The notes under the pieces were generated by a model, which searched no databases, had not been told where the DNA came from, and worked only from the letters and a program-made list of their open reading frames with translations. From contig JALDZS010000126.1 of assembly GCA_022813965.1 (NCBI GenBank), forward strand, positions 1-64,000: a stretch of DNA of 64,000 bases. The letters are read 5' to 3'. This document shows positions 49,350 through 61,722 of the stretch, in pieces; the stretch's first letter is position 1; the number at the start of each line of letters is the position of its first letter. The position numbers were made by a program, and so were the translations under genes. The stretch comes from Toensbergia leucococca. Taxonomy: Eukaryota.

Positions 49350-50465
49350 GAAAAGGCTCGCGACCTGAGCTTTACAAGCCGAATTCAATTCTTGTGTATT
49401 ATAGACATTCCTTGACCTTTCGTTGTTGCCACGGATATGGTCTCTATCATTTCGAACAATCAGGACCCTCATATTCCTTTTGTTGCGCTCGAAGTCATGC
49501 CGCAACTTTTACACGTCAGAATGCGAACTTGAAGATTTTCTGACATCAACGTGCCCGATCTACGCCTGACGCTCTCGACATCATGCCCTATCATGGGCTA
49601 CACGATCTAAGTGCAGACAGGCTCTAAAAATTAGTCACACTGCATGGGACTATCTGGACCAAATCGGAGCTTATCATGGTCGTTGCAGCATTGCATATGC
49701 TTCAACGGTGACACCGCTCGTTTCTCAATGCTCGCTCGATGAAAGAGGAGCTTAGGCCGTCTCCTCAGGCACCATCTCGTTGTATTTGTATTTATAGCAA
49801 GCGACGGTGTTTTGCTAGGACGCAGAAAGGGCTTGGGCATAGTGGATGCTACAGCTCGGAATTGTATCAAGCATGTATTTGCCTGCTCCTCACCAGCACC
49901 ATTCTTTGTAGCTATTCACCCGCTTGACAGTTGACGAGGCTACCTTCGCACACGTCAGAAGCTAGAAGCTGTGTCAAATAGAGTACATAAGGGAAACCGA
50001 AATAGTACATGCCAACAATAAATAACTCAAATCAAATGTCTTTGACTAATCACCAGCAACGCCATCGATATGAACATTCCAAATCTTGTAGGATTAGTCA
50101 CCCATCAGCCGAGGACCGCCTTCATCATGCGGCCATTCGAGAAGTCGAGGCTAGACCCCCGCCTTGCGTCATTAATAATTCCCCACCACTCGTATCATCC
50201 ACGCACCCACCGAGGAAGTCAAAAAATCGGAGTAGCATCTTCCGCACCCATCACAAATCCTCCTCCGGTGCTGAACAATCACAACTATAAAACCCTTCCC
50301 TTCCCTTCCCTACCCACCCCCGAACAATCCTCCATTCTGGCTTCCGCACTCACATTTCGACGAACACTTCTCTCAGCAACGAAACACAAAGCACCCACAA
50401 CCCTCGCACCCCGAATCTCATCTTTCAACTACACACCCATCAGACCCTTCCACGCCTCAGCAGCA

Positions 50466-51140
50466 ATGGCAGATAAAGGCGTGCACAATGTTAGCAGGTA
50501 CGTCCTAAATAGCACCCGCTATCGCCATTACCATCTCAAGAACCGTCCAACCGTCATCCCCTCATCACCAGCACACCCCCCCACCTCACTACAACCCCTC
50601 ACCCGAAAGAAAGAAGTGAAAAAAGAAACACGAAGCACCAAGCATCCCAATCTGACCACCCCCCACAATTCACCCCTCCCCTCCTCTTTCCCCTCTCTAT
50701 ATTCACAACAGTCAGAAAAACCAAAGCTAACCCACTCCTTCTCGCCCAAAAAAAACAGTGAATCCGAATTCGCAAGCACCCTAAAGAACAACAACCTCGT
50801 CGTCCTCGACTGCATGGCAACCTGGTGCCCCCCCTGCAAAATGATAGCCCCCCACGTCGTAGAGTGCGTCCCCAACCCACCCTTCCCCCCTTCCTCCCTT
50901 CCCCCCCTAAACACAAGCAGAAACTAACATCCCAAACCTCCGACCAGATTATCTTCCCAATACCCCTCGGCCAAATTCATCAAACTCGACATCGACGAAG
51001 TTCCAGAAGTGGCCTCCCAGCTGGGCGTGCGTGCCATGCCGACGTTTATCTTGTTCCGCGACGGGAAGAAGATTGATGAGGTGGTGGGGGCGGATCAGGA
51101 GAAGTTGGACTCGGCGGTCAAGGCGGCTGTTGAGGGCTAG
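50466..51140 (+). CDS. Thioredoxin with WCPPC active site
   Basis: Exons 50466-50497, 50759-50863, 50948-51140 give MADKGVHNV...VVLDCMATWCPPCKMIAP...FIKLDIDEVPEVASQLGVRAMPTF...VVGAD. Confidence 0.93.
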
Positions 51141-51884
51141 TTCTGGGATTTGCTCGTGGTTTTTCTTTGATTGTTATTTTTTTTTGTGTGTGTTGGGGGG
51201 TGGGAAGTTTGCAAATGGAGGGGAAGCTGGTGCTTGTTTCTAGAGATAGAATTCATCTTTCCATGTTGCAGGCTACAAACATGTCTTCACATTTCTCGTC
51301 CACAGTTAAACCCCCCTCTGGGCCCTCAAAGAAGTCCTTTAGCAGTCATACAACACCCACAGTCAAGCACATGTAAAATAATCTGCATTAATTACCTCTC
51401 CAAACGCCAATGCTATGCAACAATCGACTCCCCCTAAATGCGTGTCGTGCGCAGAACATATCAACACCCTCCCCCCTCCCAAACAACAATGCCCCACGAC
51501 TATCTAAGAACATTGACAAAAAAGGACCGGCTAAAATGTTTAGAAAAAAAAACAGAAAAAAACCCCACAAAACGCCCCGTTACGCCCAAAAAGAGGATGA
51601 AGGAGCCGGAGCGCTTCCAAACCCCCTTCCACCCTCCTTCGCTAGCGAATATGCACTTATACACCCCCTCCATCCCCCGAAATCTTTTCTGTGCTCTAGA
51701 AAGAAGTAAAATACGCCAGTAGAAATGCTCGCTTAGTCGCTGGAATGCGGGAATATGGTCTAGAGAAGTGTGACAAGAGAATTGCGGAAATGCAGTGTAT
51801 ATTTGGTTTAAGGGAGGGGTGATGTGTTGGTAATTGTGAACAGAGGGGAGGTCGTGGAATGATAAGGCGGGAGGGAGAGCAACG

Positions 51885-53547
51885 TCAGATGTACAGAGTC
51901 TTGATGCCCGCCTCGATTGCTGGAGAGTTCTCTTTGCCTTTCTTCTTCGCCAGGGCAAGTGCCATCATCTGGCCATTGACATCCCGTCCGGCGGCGATGC
52001 CCTGTTTTCGCTCCTTCGCGGCGGCTTTCTGTGCAGCTTTCTTCATGTCGCGCTTGTCTCGCATGGTCACGCGTTTCTGTTTCGGGCCAGGCTGCCGTTG
52101 CTGCGTTTTCCCGTTTACGCCAACATTGGAATTCTCTAGGATGTTGCTAAGCTCAGTTGGGATGTTTGACGGTGGTGGTGGAGCTGCAGCATTTTCCCGT
52201 TTGGGTTGAGAGAGTTTTAATCGCACGCCACCTGAGCGGGGTTTACTGGCGGTTGAGTAATCTGATGCCGAGGCAGAGGGTGTTGAGGATGGAGAGTCTG
52301 AGTCCTTGTATGTTGAGTCATTTTGCCAGTCCTCCTCTTCGGTTTCATCAAAGTCTTCCTTGTTGACATCTTTACTGACAACATTGATGTGATCCTTCTC
52401 GTGAAGGGGCGAACTCCCGTTGGTCACGTTATGGCGGCGATTACTTTGTAATCGAGGATCACGACTCTTTAATCGCACAGCGAGATTATTCTTTGGTCGT
52501 TCATCGTTCTCTTTTGGCACTGTTCGTGTGACTCGGCTCAACCGTCGGTCTTGCTTCTTGTTCGGGCCAGCGATTGCTTCCTCGCCACTGTCAGGCTCAC
52601 GCTCTACGCTCGAGCTTTCTTGTGCTGAAGAAACACTGCCACGCTCCTCGGCGTCTAGTAGTTTTGAGACTGCATTGTCAACACTACCTCTACACTCTTC
52701 CAGGGTTCTTTGTATTGTTGCACGGTCGGCTAGGTATGGCAGAGACTGCATGACCACGTTGACCATCCATGGATGAACGTAAGGGGTCTTGGCGAGCTTC
52801 TCTTTGAGTTCCTTTTCGGCTTCAGGAGAAACGTAAGATTCCTCCACATTAGGAAGGCCGGTATGAGGTCCTTTAGCATTTCTTATGGAAGAGTAATGCT
52901 CCCAGGTCTAAAACTTATATTAGCCCCTTTATCATATGCTAAGCCCCAAGCCTCGGTACGGGACTACCAACATGATATGCTATATGAGTTATCTGCCGCT
53001 CAATGCTGTCGTCTGAAGTTGATATCATGTATGCAAAATCCCGTTGATAGATTTTGACGTCGACCTTGTAGGCGGCACTAAAAGCCGAAATCTCCATGTT
53101 GTCACCGTAAGTACCCCCCCTAGCCATTTGCTGCAAATGGCTTTCGAAGACCCGCTCAATTTCTTCAGCAGTGGGTGGGGTGTAATTGGTAGATGTCGAA
53201 TAAGCTCCAGCATTCTTGCGTTTAGGATTTCTCCTTACGCCACCACCGGGGTGGACGTCAATGAATTGTTTATAGTATGAGGCATGCTCACGCATGTAAT
53301 CAATCACACGTGAGCGGATTTTGTGATGTGACGATTGGTCTCCGTAAAGCTGATCAGAGAGAGCATTGAAAAGGCAGTTGCCTACATTAAACAAAATGTT
53401 TTAGCACGGTACAATATGATGATGGGAGGTTGTGAAGGCGGGGGGAAGTTACAGGGCGAGGGGGGGGGATTTACCATTCCCAGCCGTGTCTGCAACATAA
53501 AGACCGACAGCACGGAGCAATGGGAACTCGTCAGTCGAACCTCCCAT
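51885..53547 (-). CDS. OTU-family deubiquitinase with CUE-like domain
   Basis: GNGNCLFNALSDQL, TYGDNMEISAF, HIAYH-TWEHYSSIRN. Introns 53474-53382 and 52971-52908. CUE-like TLEECRGSVDNAVSKLL. Confidence 0.92.
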
Positions 53548-54539
53548 GCTGGGTGAGACGAAGGAGCAAGATGAAGAGTTGAATTGGGTTCGTAGCACTA
53601 CATCCAGTAGTTGGGAGCAACGGAAGGATATTTGTGACGACAGAAGGGCTGCCTTATTGTCACTTCTCCTTCAAAAGCGTCACCTATTCCTCGATTCGAA
53701 CGTGGTAAAGCCAAGGAGCCAAGCTGGTAGCTCCTAAGCGAACGGACTAGTAGGGATTCCTTGCAAGGAACCGCTTCTTTTGATTCCGCAGCGAGCGCAG
53801 ACAATAAGCCAACAAAGCCAGATCTGCTTGGCAAGGAGGAAGCCTGCTCCACGTACAACGATAACGTGTTCTGCTATCAGACTACAGAATGATATTACTT
53901 GAGTGTCCCACAATGTCGATTGTTGAATAGGCAATGATACACTGCGTACTCCGTATTTGATACTCGTATGCTTTTTTGAATGGCACGTTACGAGTACACT
54001 AATGCTACCTATTGTCAACGCTTTCTTGCTATTATCCACCTAGGAATCTTGGAGGACCAAATCTGACATACAGGTAGCTACTTGTGTGGATTGCATAGAA
54101 GATATATTTATCCATGGACTCTAATTTCTTCACCGCTTGATTAACTCAGACTCGAGTAACAAATCAACGACCCATAACAGCCACTGTAGGCCAAGGTCAG
54201 AATGCATCCTCGATATATCGCAATGTATTTTCTACCTGCCTAAGTGATAAGCCCCTTAACAACTCAGGAGCTGCCTTTCCTTACTCAAAGTACATAGGTA
54301 TCACGTATGGATCAGGCTAGACACGGCAGTGACGGCATGCAAGCAAAGTAAGCTGCATAGGTAAGGCTGCAGCCTTCTGTCAGAGTCCCGAAAGCCTCGA
54401 CAGCCTGGTCACTTAATTAGTATCTTGAGGGCATATAGCAATAGCATACTTAATTAACGCACTCCCCGAGTAAACTTAAGATTCGTGACATATGATCATT
54501 TATCCTTCATTGCGTGCTATTTCGACCATTTCTTTGACC

Positions 54540-55976
54540 ATGGGAGAATCTCGTATAGTAGTGATTGGGTGAGTAGACACTTATGTGACTCGAAGCTCGG
54601 CCCACTTGATGACAGTGTCGATTCAGCGCAGGCGTGGCTGGTCTTACCACAGCTTTGACCCTGTCTAGATCTACCAAGTACCGCTATCAGATCACCGTTG
54701 CCGCTAAGCATATGCCAGGGTAAAGAACATTCAAACTTCCTACTGAGAATTGGCATTCTAATGAAGATGACGCTAGTGACTACGACATAGAATATGCCTC
54801 GCCGTGGGCAGGAGCCAACTATTTGCCGTCAGAAACTCTGATCTCACGGCTATCTGCATAACCCAATACAATACCTTAAGCCCTGACATGTTCGTAGGGT
54901 ATCCCCCGCAGGCAGCCCTGCCGCAGATTGGGACAGAAACACCTGGCCCGAACTTGAGAAGCTTGCAAGAAAATATCCTGAAGCTGGCGTGCATTTTCAA
55001 GGTTCTCTTCGTCTGCTCAAATGCACTACCAAATCTAATAATGCTTCCCAGACACTGCGGTCTTTAATCGCGAAAAAGACTTGAATGGAGCCACGGGAAC
55101 ATGGTTCAATGAGTTGCTGAAAACAGATCCATGGTTCAAAGACGTTTTACCAAATGTATTCTGCATCATATCTTGGTACTCGGGTTCTTGCTGATACTGA
55201 ACCACCAGTTCAGAGAGATCCCCAAAGAGGATCTTGCTCCAGAGTTTGATACTGGGACAGCTTTCACGTCGGTGTGTATCAACACAGCCTTATATCTTCC
55301 ATGGCTGGCTTCACAATGTCTCAAGAACGGAGTTGTTCTCAAACGTAGCATTTTCAAGCATATCTCTGAAGCAGCAGATGCCCACGATTCTAGCGAGAAA
55401 GCAGATTTAGTTATCAACTGCACAGGTCTATCAGCTGGTAAGCTCGGCGGAGTTGAGGATACGAAGATGATTCCTGCTCGTGGACAAATTGTGGTCGTGC
55501 GAAATGAAGCCGACTTTATGTGCTCTGGCTCGGGGTGTGATGATGGAGATGACGAGACATGTTATGTAATGCAACGGGCTGCTGGTGAGTCATTCTTATT
55601 TGTGCGCAATCCTTCAATTTAGCACAACTGATCCATTGAAGGCGGTGGTACAATATTGGGCGGCTGTTATCAGAAAAACAATTGGGACTCTCAATTTGAT
55701 CCAAATTTGGCCAACAGAATCATGAAAAGAGCAGTGGAAATGTGTCCTTCTTTGACAGGTGGTAAAGGCATTGAACATCTTAGCATCATTCGCCACGGTG
55801 TTGGTCTAAGACCTCTGCGCATTGGCGGCGTGAGACTTGAAAAGGAAAAGATCAACGGGCTTTGGACGGTTCATAATTACGGGCACGGAGGCTTTGGTTA
55901 TCAATGCTCGTACGGTTGTTCGCAGGTGGTAGCAAATCTTGTGGAAGAGGCCTTGGCTTTGAAATCGAAACTTTGA
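54540..55976 (+). CDS. D-amino acid oxidase, peroxisomal
   Basis: VVIGAGVAGL, YASPWAGAN, INCTGL, PARGQIV, HGVGLRP, HNYGHGGFGYQ. Ends in SKL (PTS1). Six introns. Confidence 0.95.
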
Positions 55977-56452
55977 ATACATGTTGAGTGAATTGTTTCC
56001 TCCATATTTCAACTACATGCAAAGTCGAAGCGTGGACGAGAATAAGGTCAACTTGAGGATAGCCAACAACGTATAGGGTAGAATAAGAAGACATATTGAA
56101 ATTCCAAGAATGTGTCGTACAGTGGCAGAGTGGCACGTGGGAAGAGATATTAGAATACGGAGTACTCGTATGTGGCCCACTGAACTGAAAATTTGATTCG
56201 CTACTGCATGCGGCTAGCGTGGCCTGTTCGTGGCTTTGACGCCAACGCTTCCAATCCTCGAATTTCCATCATTTTAGGCTTCTATTCTCCATCGTCTTCA
56301 ATCAAACAGTCCACCAGCCAACTACCTCTTGACCTCCTAACACCAATCGCATCACGATTCCAGGACTCGTTGTCGTAAGCATCGTCCCGACGGCCCGTAA
56401 TTGACTGAGGGAACTGGGTATCGCATACCTCTTTCAAGCCAGCTCACTTGCC

Positions 56453-57122
56453 ATGGATTTCTCCAATATTTTGTAAGCTCTTCACAACCCGTTCGCCATC
56501 GTGACTAAGCTTGCAAGCTTTGTGCAGCTATTTCAGATCTTCGAAACGCAGTACTGATTATGGCATTCGTGCAGTCGAATAGCCAATCTGGCCGTGGGCG
56601 CTCTGATGGTGGTTGGCGGAGTCTTCGAATGCATTCTCCCAGGCTTGTAAGCTCGGCTCGAGCGCTCTGAATCCCTCAATTTCATGTTTAACCCTTCGAC
56701 AGCTCGACCAAAATTGTTGGAGTTTACGTGATTCTCTTCGGTCTGGGTGAGTTACTCCAGTAACTTGAATCACTTGGACTGCGCTGATACTTTGGCGTCT
56801 AGCTACTGCGTTACTCGAATTTCAAATCCCACCCTATGTTTCGAGATATGCTTCATTTCTCTTCAGTTTCCTTGGCCGGGGCATTTGTAAGTTAAGATTT
56901 GATTGACGAAGTAGTACATCATGGGGAAGGGTACTAAATGCTGTATTAGTCTACATATTTATCGGTTCCATCCTTCTACACGACGATTGGTTACGGATAA
57001 TGCTTGGTGCAATTGTGGGCATAGTAGGTGTCGCCTACGTTGTACTCGAGTACATACCTTCAATCGAGCCCCCCCAAAATATGAGAGACGCCGATGCTGG
57101 ATGGGGCGCTGAGCAAGTATAA
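56453..57122 (+). CDS. TVP15: Golgi membrane / COPI-associated protein
   Basis: Not in the ORF track. Five exons splice to MDFSNIFRIANLAVG...LEFQIPPYVSRYASFLFSFLGRGIFYIFIGSILL...LEYIPSIEPPQNMRDADAGWGAEQV*. Confidence 0.9.
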
Positions 57123-57520
57123 TTTGGGACGGAGTTCCTTCCCGCGTCAGACGACGGACGTCAACGTTGTGTAGACAGGCATGATCAAGATTGTCTGCTG
57201 CGTTTTGCGACGGTATTCATGTTCTATATGGGCTTCAAGTAGTACGGGGGCTTTAAGTCTGTTCGAGATATTTTTCAAGATAAGAGAGGGCGTTTCAACG
57301 ATTTGTATCATACGCGATGTTTAATATCCTATAAGTCTCATGTTGGCTACATCAGAGGCCAGCTGAAGAACGATGGGCATTAACGTAGGATAACAGGCTC
57401 CTTTGTTCAATAAACTCAATGGGGGAAATGCCTGGTTACTGCTTCAAGAACTTTTATCTTCAATAAACGTTGAAAACCGTAGAGATACCAAATTATTGCT
57501 GTAGGCCGAAACACATCTAA

Positions 57521-57547
57521 CCAATGAGAAGGCGGGTAATGGATAAG
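57521..57547 (+). promoter_or_regulatory. Candidate CBC:HapX site (CSAAT-N12-RWT) with adjacent GATAAG upstream of sreA
   Basis: CCAAT gagaaggcgggt AAT g GATAAG read directly. Function inferred from the Aspergillus HapX/SreA feedback loop. Confidence 0.5.
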
Positions 57548-58010
57548 TGGTAAGCGACAGGGTGGAAGTCTGGGGAAAACCGTAGCACATCTCCTAGCTC
57601 GATTCAGTGCAACACAGGCTCGAGGTACTCTACCTCGTCTGCCTTTCTCCGTATCCGTACGCCGCTCATCTTTTTAGGAAGCCTGTCAAGTGATTCGTCC
57701 CCAGAGATAAGCACTACCAAGCACACTTATCCGCTTCGCACCCCACGATCTCTGTGCGTCCTCCTGTGGTACTAAATACAGGTCCTCGATTCTGTTCATT
57801 CAAGTCAAGACTTCATTGCTGTCTTTGCTGTACTCCATTTCATCTAGATATTTTGGCACCCCTCTGAGTGATATCGGGCATCGCCACGCCATCGTTTCTA
57901 GGGCCCCCATCACTGGCAGGGAATATTATGTCGCAAGCCGACTGTGCCTTTCTTGATCTCTCCGAAGATATTTCCTCACTTCAAGTTTCAGACCTAGCGA
58001 GCATGCCATT

Positions 58011-59868
58011 ATGACAGGCTTGTTGTCCGTAGAGGCACAGGAGAGATCGTCGCAGGCGCTTTCGACCTTACATCGACCTCGACGCCTGCTATCTCGGCAA
58101 TCCTCCGAGGTAGACTATGAAGCTGCCCAGCAACTCATAAAACATTCACAAGGAAGGCGAGATGATACGGGAGGTGACCTTTCAAACCCGACCATGGAGC
58201 TTTCAGCAGCCGCAAAAGAATCAACCAAAAGTCACATGGCAGAGGACAGGGATTTGCGCCGCTCAGCGTCGCAGGAGCTTCTACTAGAGACACAATACAG
58301 CCCATTTCACAACCCGCCCGGCACAGGTCAAGTTTGCAGGTACGGCACGTGTGAAAATTTCAGCAAGTTGATACAGAAAGGGGGCTCAATAACTGATTAA
58401 ATGGCCTAGTAATTGTGGAACAACCCATACCCCTCTCTGGCGACGGTCACCGACGGGTTCTACTATATGCAATGCTTGTGGGTTGTATTTCAAGGCTCGT
58501 AATGCCCCTCGGCCTACTAGCCTCAAACGACCTCCATCAACTCCAGTCTCTGGACCCAACTCCGACCTAGATACATCCGAACAGCGGAGGAGCCTGTCTC
58601 CAGCCTATGCTGACGGCCCACCACAAAATAACAAATCAGTTTATGTCTCTGTGAATCACGTCCCTACAGGGTCGTGTCCTGGTGGAGGTCACTGTAATGG
58701 TACCGGAGGAGCCGATGGCTGCAATGGCTGTCCCGCTTTCAATAATCGAGTATCAAAGACTACGCAAGTGTTGATTCAACAAGCAGCTAGCAGACCCGCA
58801 AATCTACTTCAAACGCCTAAAGCCGATGATTCAGTCACGGTGCAAACATCGCCGGATGATAACAGTCCCGTAAATGTCACCCAAGAAGTGCCTCAAAGTC
58901 TTGTACTCTCATGCCAAAATTGTGGCACAACCATCACTCCGTTATGGCGAAGAGACGAAAGTGGCCGTACCATATGTAATGCCTGTGGTTTGTCACTCAT
59001 CTCAGTAACCTCGGCTCAGGACTGACATGTTAAAGGATTATACCATAAGCTTCATGGCGTTCATCGGCCAGTAGCTATGAAGAAGTCGATAATCAAGCGG
59101 CGGAAAAGGGTTGTGCCAGCTCTCCAAGAGCAATCACCCAATCATCCTCACATCACCCCCTTCCCGGCTTCCGTTTCTCCTGATCCGCCACACAACACCG
59201 ATCTCTCCGATTCAAGAAACCCCCGGCAGGCAGCCGCGAACCTGAATGCGGATGGATCTATGAGTCTTAATCTCCGTATTCGAGATCAGTCTCCCGACCA
59301 ACAGCGCCCGTACGAACCGCCGCCTATAGACTTCACAGGCTACCACACAGCTCCAATCCGGCGGACGTCAGACCACTCACAACAACATCAACACCGACAT
59401 ATCTCTAGTATCAATAACCCGCCTAAACGTTCATCCCCAACCCAATCTCCCCCCAGACTGAATCTCATGGGACCAGGCACGAACCGAAAACGAAGCTTTT
59501 CTATCTCGGAAGGCGATACGAATCCTCCGGACATAACAACACCGGACAGTGCCCGCTCGAACCGTCTTAGCTCTATCTCCTCCATTTTGAATCCCACGCA
59601 ACAAGAACCGATAGACGACATTCCTATCGATCCTAACCTCTCGCACCCAATCCTGCATCCCTCATCACACCTTCAACGGCACTCCCAGCACCACCACCAA
59701 ATTCCATCATCTTCCGACAGTCGCGTCAGAGAATTTGTGCATGATGATCCGGGGGGCAGCAAGGAGAAGAGAGAGCGAAAGGCACGGCTAAGGAGAGAGG
59801 CGGACGAGATGAGGGAGATGCTGCGGCAGAAGGAGAGGGAGATTGCCGAATTAGCAGCTGAGGAGTGA
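58011..59868 (+). CDS. sreA: Iron-responsive GATA transcription factor
   Basis: Two GATA fingers (CSNCGTTHTPLWRR..CNACG and CQNCGTTITPLWRR..CNACG) flank GSCPGGGHCNGTGGADGCNGCPAFNNR. C-terminal coiled coil. Introns 58340-58409 and 58988-59035. Confidence 0.95.
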
Positions 59869-61722
59869 TTGAGTCTATTGGTAGCGAGTGAGGTGAGTTT
59901 ATAAGCATGGGCTGGGAATCTGTTCTTCGAGGGGACTGGTAGACGTTGATGCCCCATGGGTATTATCTAAAAGTCATGATGGATGCAAGGCAGGAAAAGG
60001 TATGGGCTACTCAGCTTGAGAATTTCTTTCGAAGCTAGGAGACGGTAATGAGTGGGGCATGTGGTGATGATGATGGGGCTCCGCTTCATGGTAATTACGA
60101 TGGGGAACGTTAGGGGCTCTGGTATGTCCTAAGAATTGTGTATAGCATACTCGCACATATTTGGTCCCCGCGTGGCAAGAGCAGGAATATACGTGGGGAC
60201 TACCTTGTTTAACACTACTCTTCTCCCTTTCCTTTGCCATCATTTTATTTCTTTTTGTGATATTTAAACCATCTTTGGGTGTTTTTGAATTGCTGGCATG
60301 AAGCAGTTGACAAAGATGAAAGTCAATGGAATTGCTCATAATCATTTTCTCATGAGTGAAAAAGAAATTTGGAAGGTATTTTTTTTTTTTTTTTTTCATT
60401 TTTCATAACAAACAAATTTCTATTTTATTTTTCAGAAACTTTTTTTTTGACTGTTTTTTTTAAAGATTTTTTTTGAAGGTAAAGGCCCCTGAGTTTTTTT
60501 TACCTATCTACCTTACTCAGATACTAAAATGAAAATGGTGGTCACGCTACTGATTTTGATAGAAGAATAATTTAAGGGGGTTTTGTCAGAGACGGTTTCC
60601 GTTGGGTGAATGATTGCTTTATTGAAAATGCATAATTTACATTTTTTGAAGATTGTGCTGGCTGCGGGGTTTGAAGTGAGTGGTGTTTTTTCTTCTGACT
60701 GAGAAAGAGAAAAAGGTGAGTGAGGTTTAGAGAGAGAGTGTGAGTGATGATGAGTATTTTGATTGAGTCAGATATGAATGTTTGATGTATTAGTGCTGAG
60801 AATGAGTTGTGTGATTTATACAATATTTGTGATTTCTAAGCAAGTTGTTCTTGAGGTGAGTTGCTCCTTTCTGAGGTGAGGTGAATTTGAACTCATTTCC
60901 TTTTTTGATAAGATTGAGTAGGTCAATACTTTTGAAAAAGGGGGGGGGGTGAGGGTGTTCATCTGCTATCTTTCTTTGTTGGGGCATAGGGGCGTTCTTT
61001 TGATCATCTATTTGAGTTGGTGAGTTTTTTATTTTGCGTACGGGGGAATGCGGGTTGTGCGGAATTGAGATTGGGAAGAAGATTGAGAGGGGGAAGTGGC
61101 GTCTTGAGGTTGAAAGTACGGAAGAAAGAGCAGAGGTTTTTTTGAAGCAGCGGGGGCATCAATGGAGAGTTTATGAGAAATGGATGGAGATGTAGACAGA
61201 TGTCTTGTTTGATGTGAGCCCAAGAAACCAAAACCGTCTCTTGCCTATTTGTCTATCTAATTGAAGCCGAGTTGGTGGAGTAATTCATCTCTGAACCGCG
61301 ATAATGAATGAGACCTCAACCTTCTGAGCGGCTTGAGGGGTGGATGCTGGATGAGTATCAGATTGGTGCTGGATTGATGGGTGAATACTGAGTAAACGTT
61401 AGCAAGTGAGCGTCATAAAAAAGGTGCAGAGATCTACAGTAGATATTACCATGTAAGAAGTAGCTTCCAAGGTATACCGGATTTCCGAGACCTCTATATT
61501 CTCGGAGCCACAACACGCTTAGTTTGCCTAGGAGTGCTGACATATAGAGCCTTTTGTAGGTGTCAGCAGTGCCTTTGAAAAAGGATTATGGGCGACTGCT
61601 CACGATTTACTTAAAGAGGTATCAAGCATTTCTCGGATTGAAATGAGAGCTCCGTGGAGGGCTCGCTCCATAGAGAGCGAAGGCTGAATGACGTATCGAT
61701 ACAGGATCGAAGCGTGAACTTA

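Noticed and set aside
60360..61000. T-rich tract as a possible transposon or RNA gene
   Set aside because: Low-complexity sequence without terminal repeats or recognisable structure. I recognised no tRNA or rRNA anywhere in the window.
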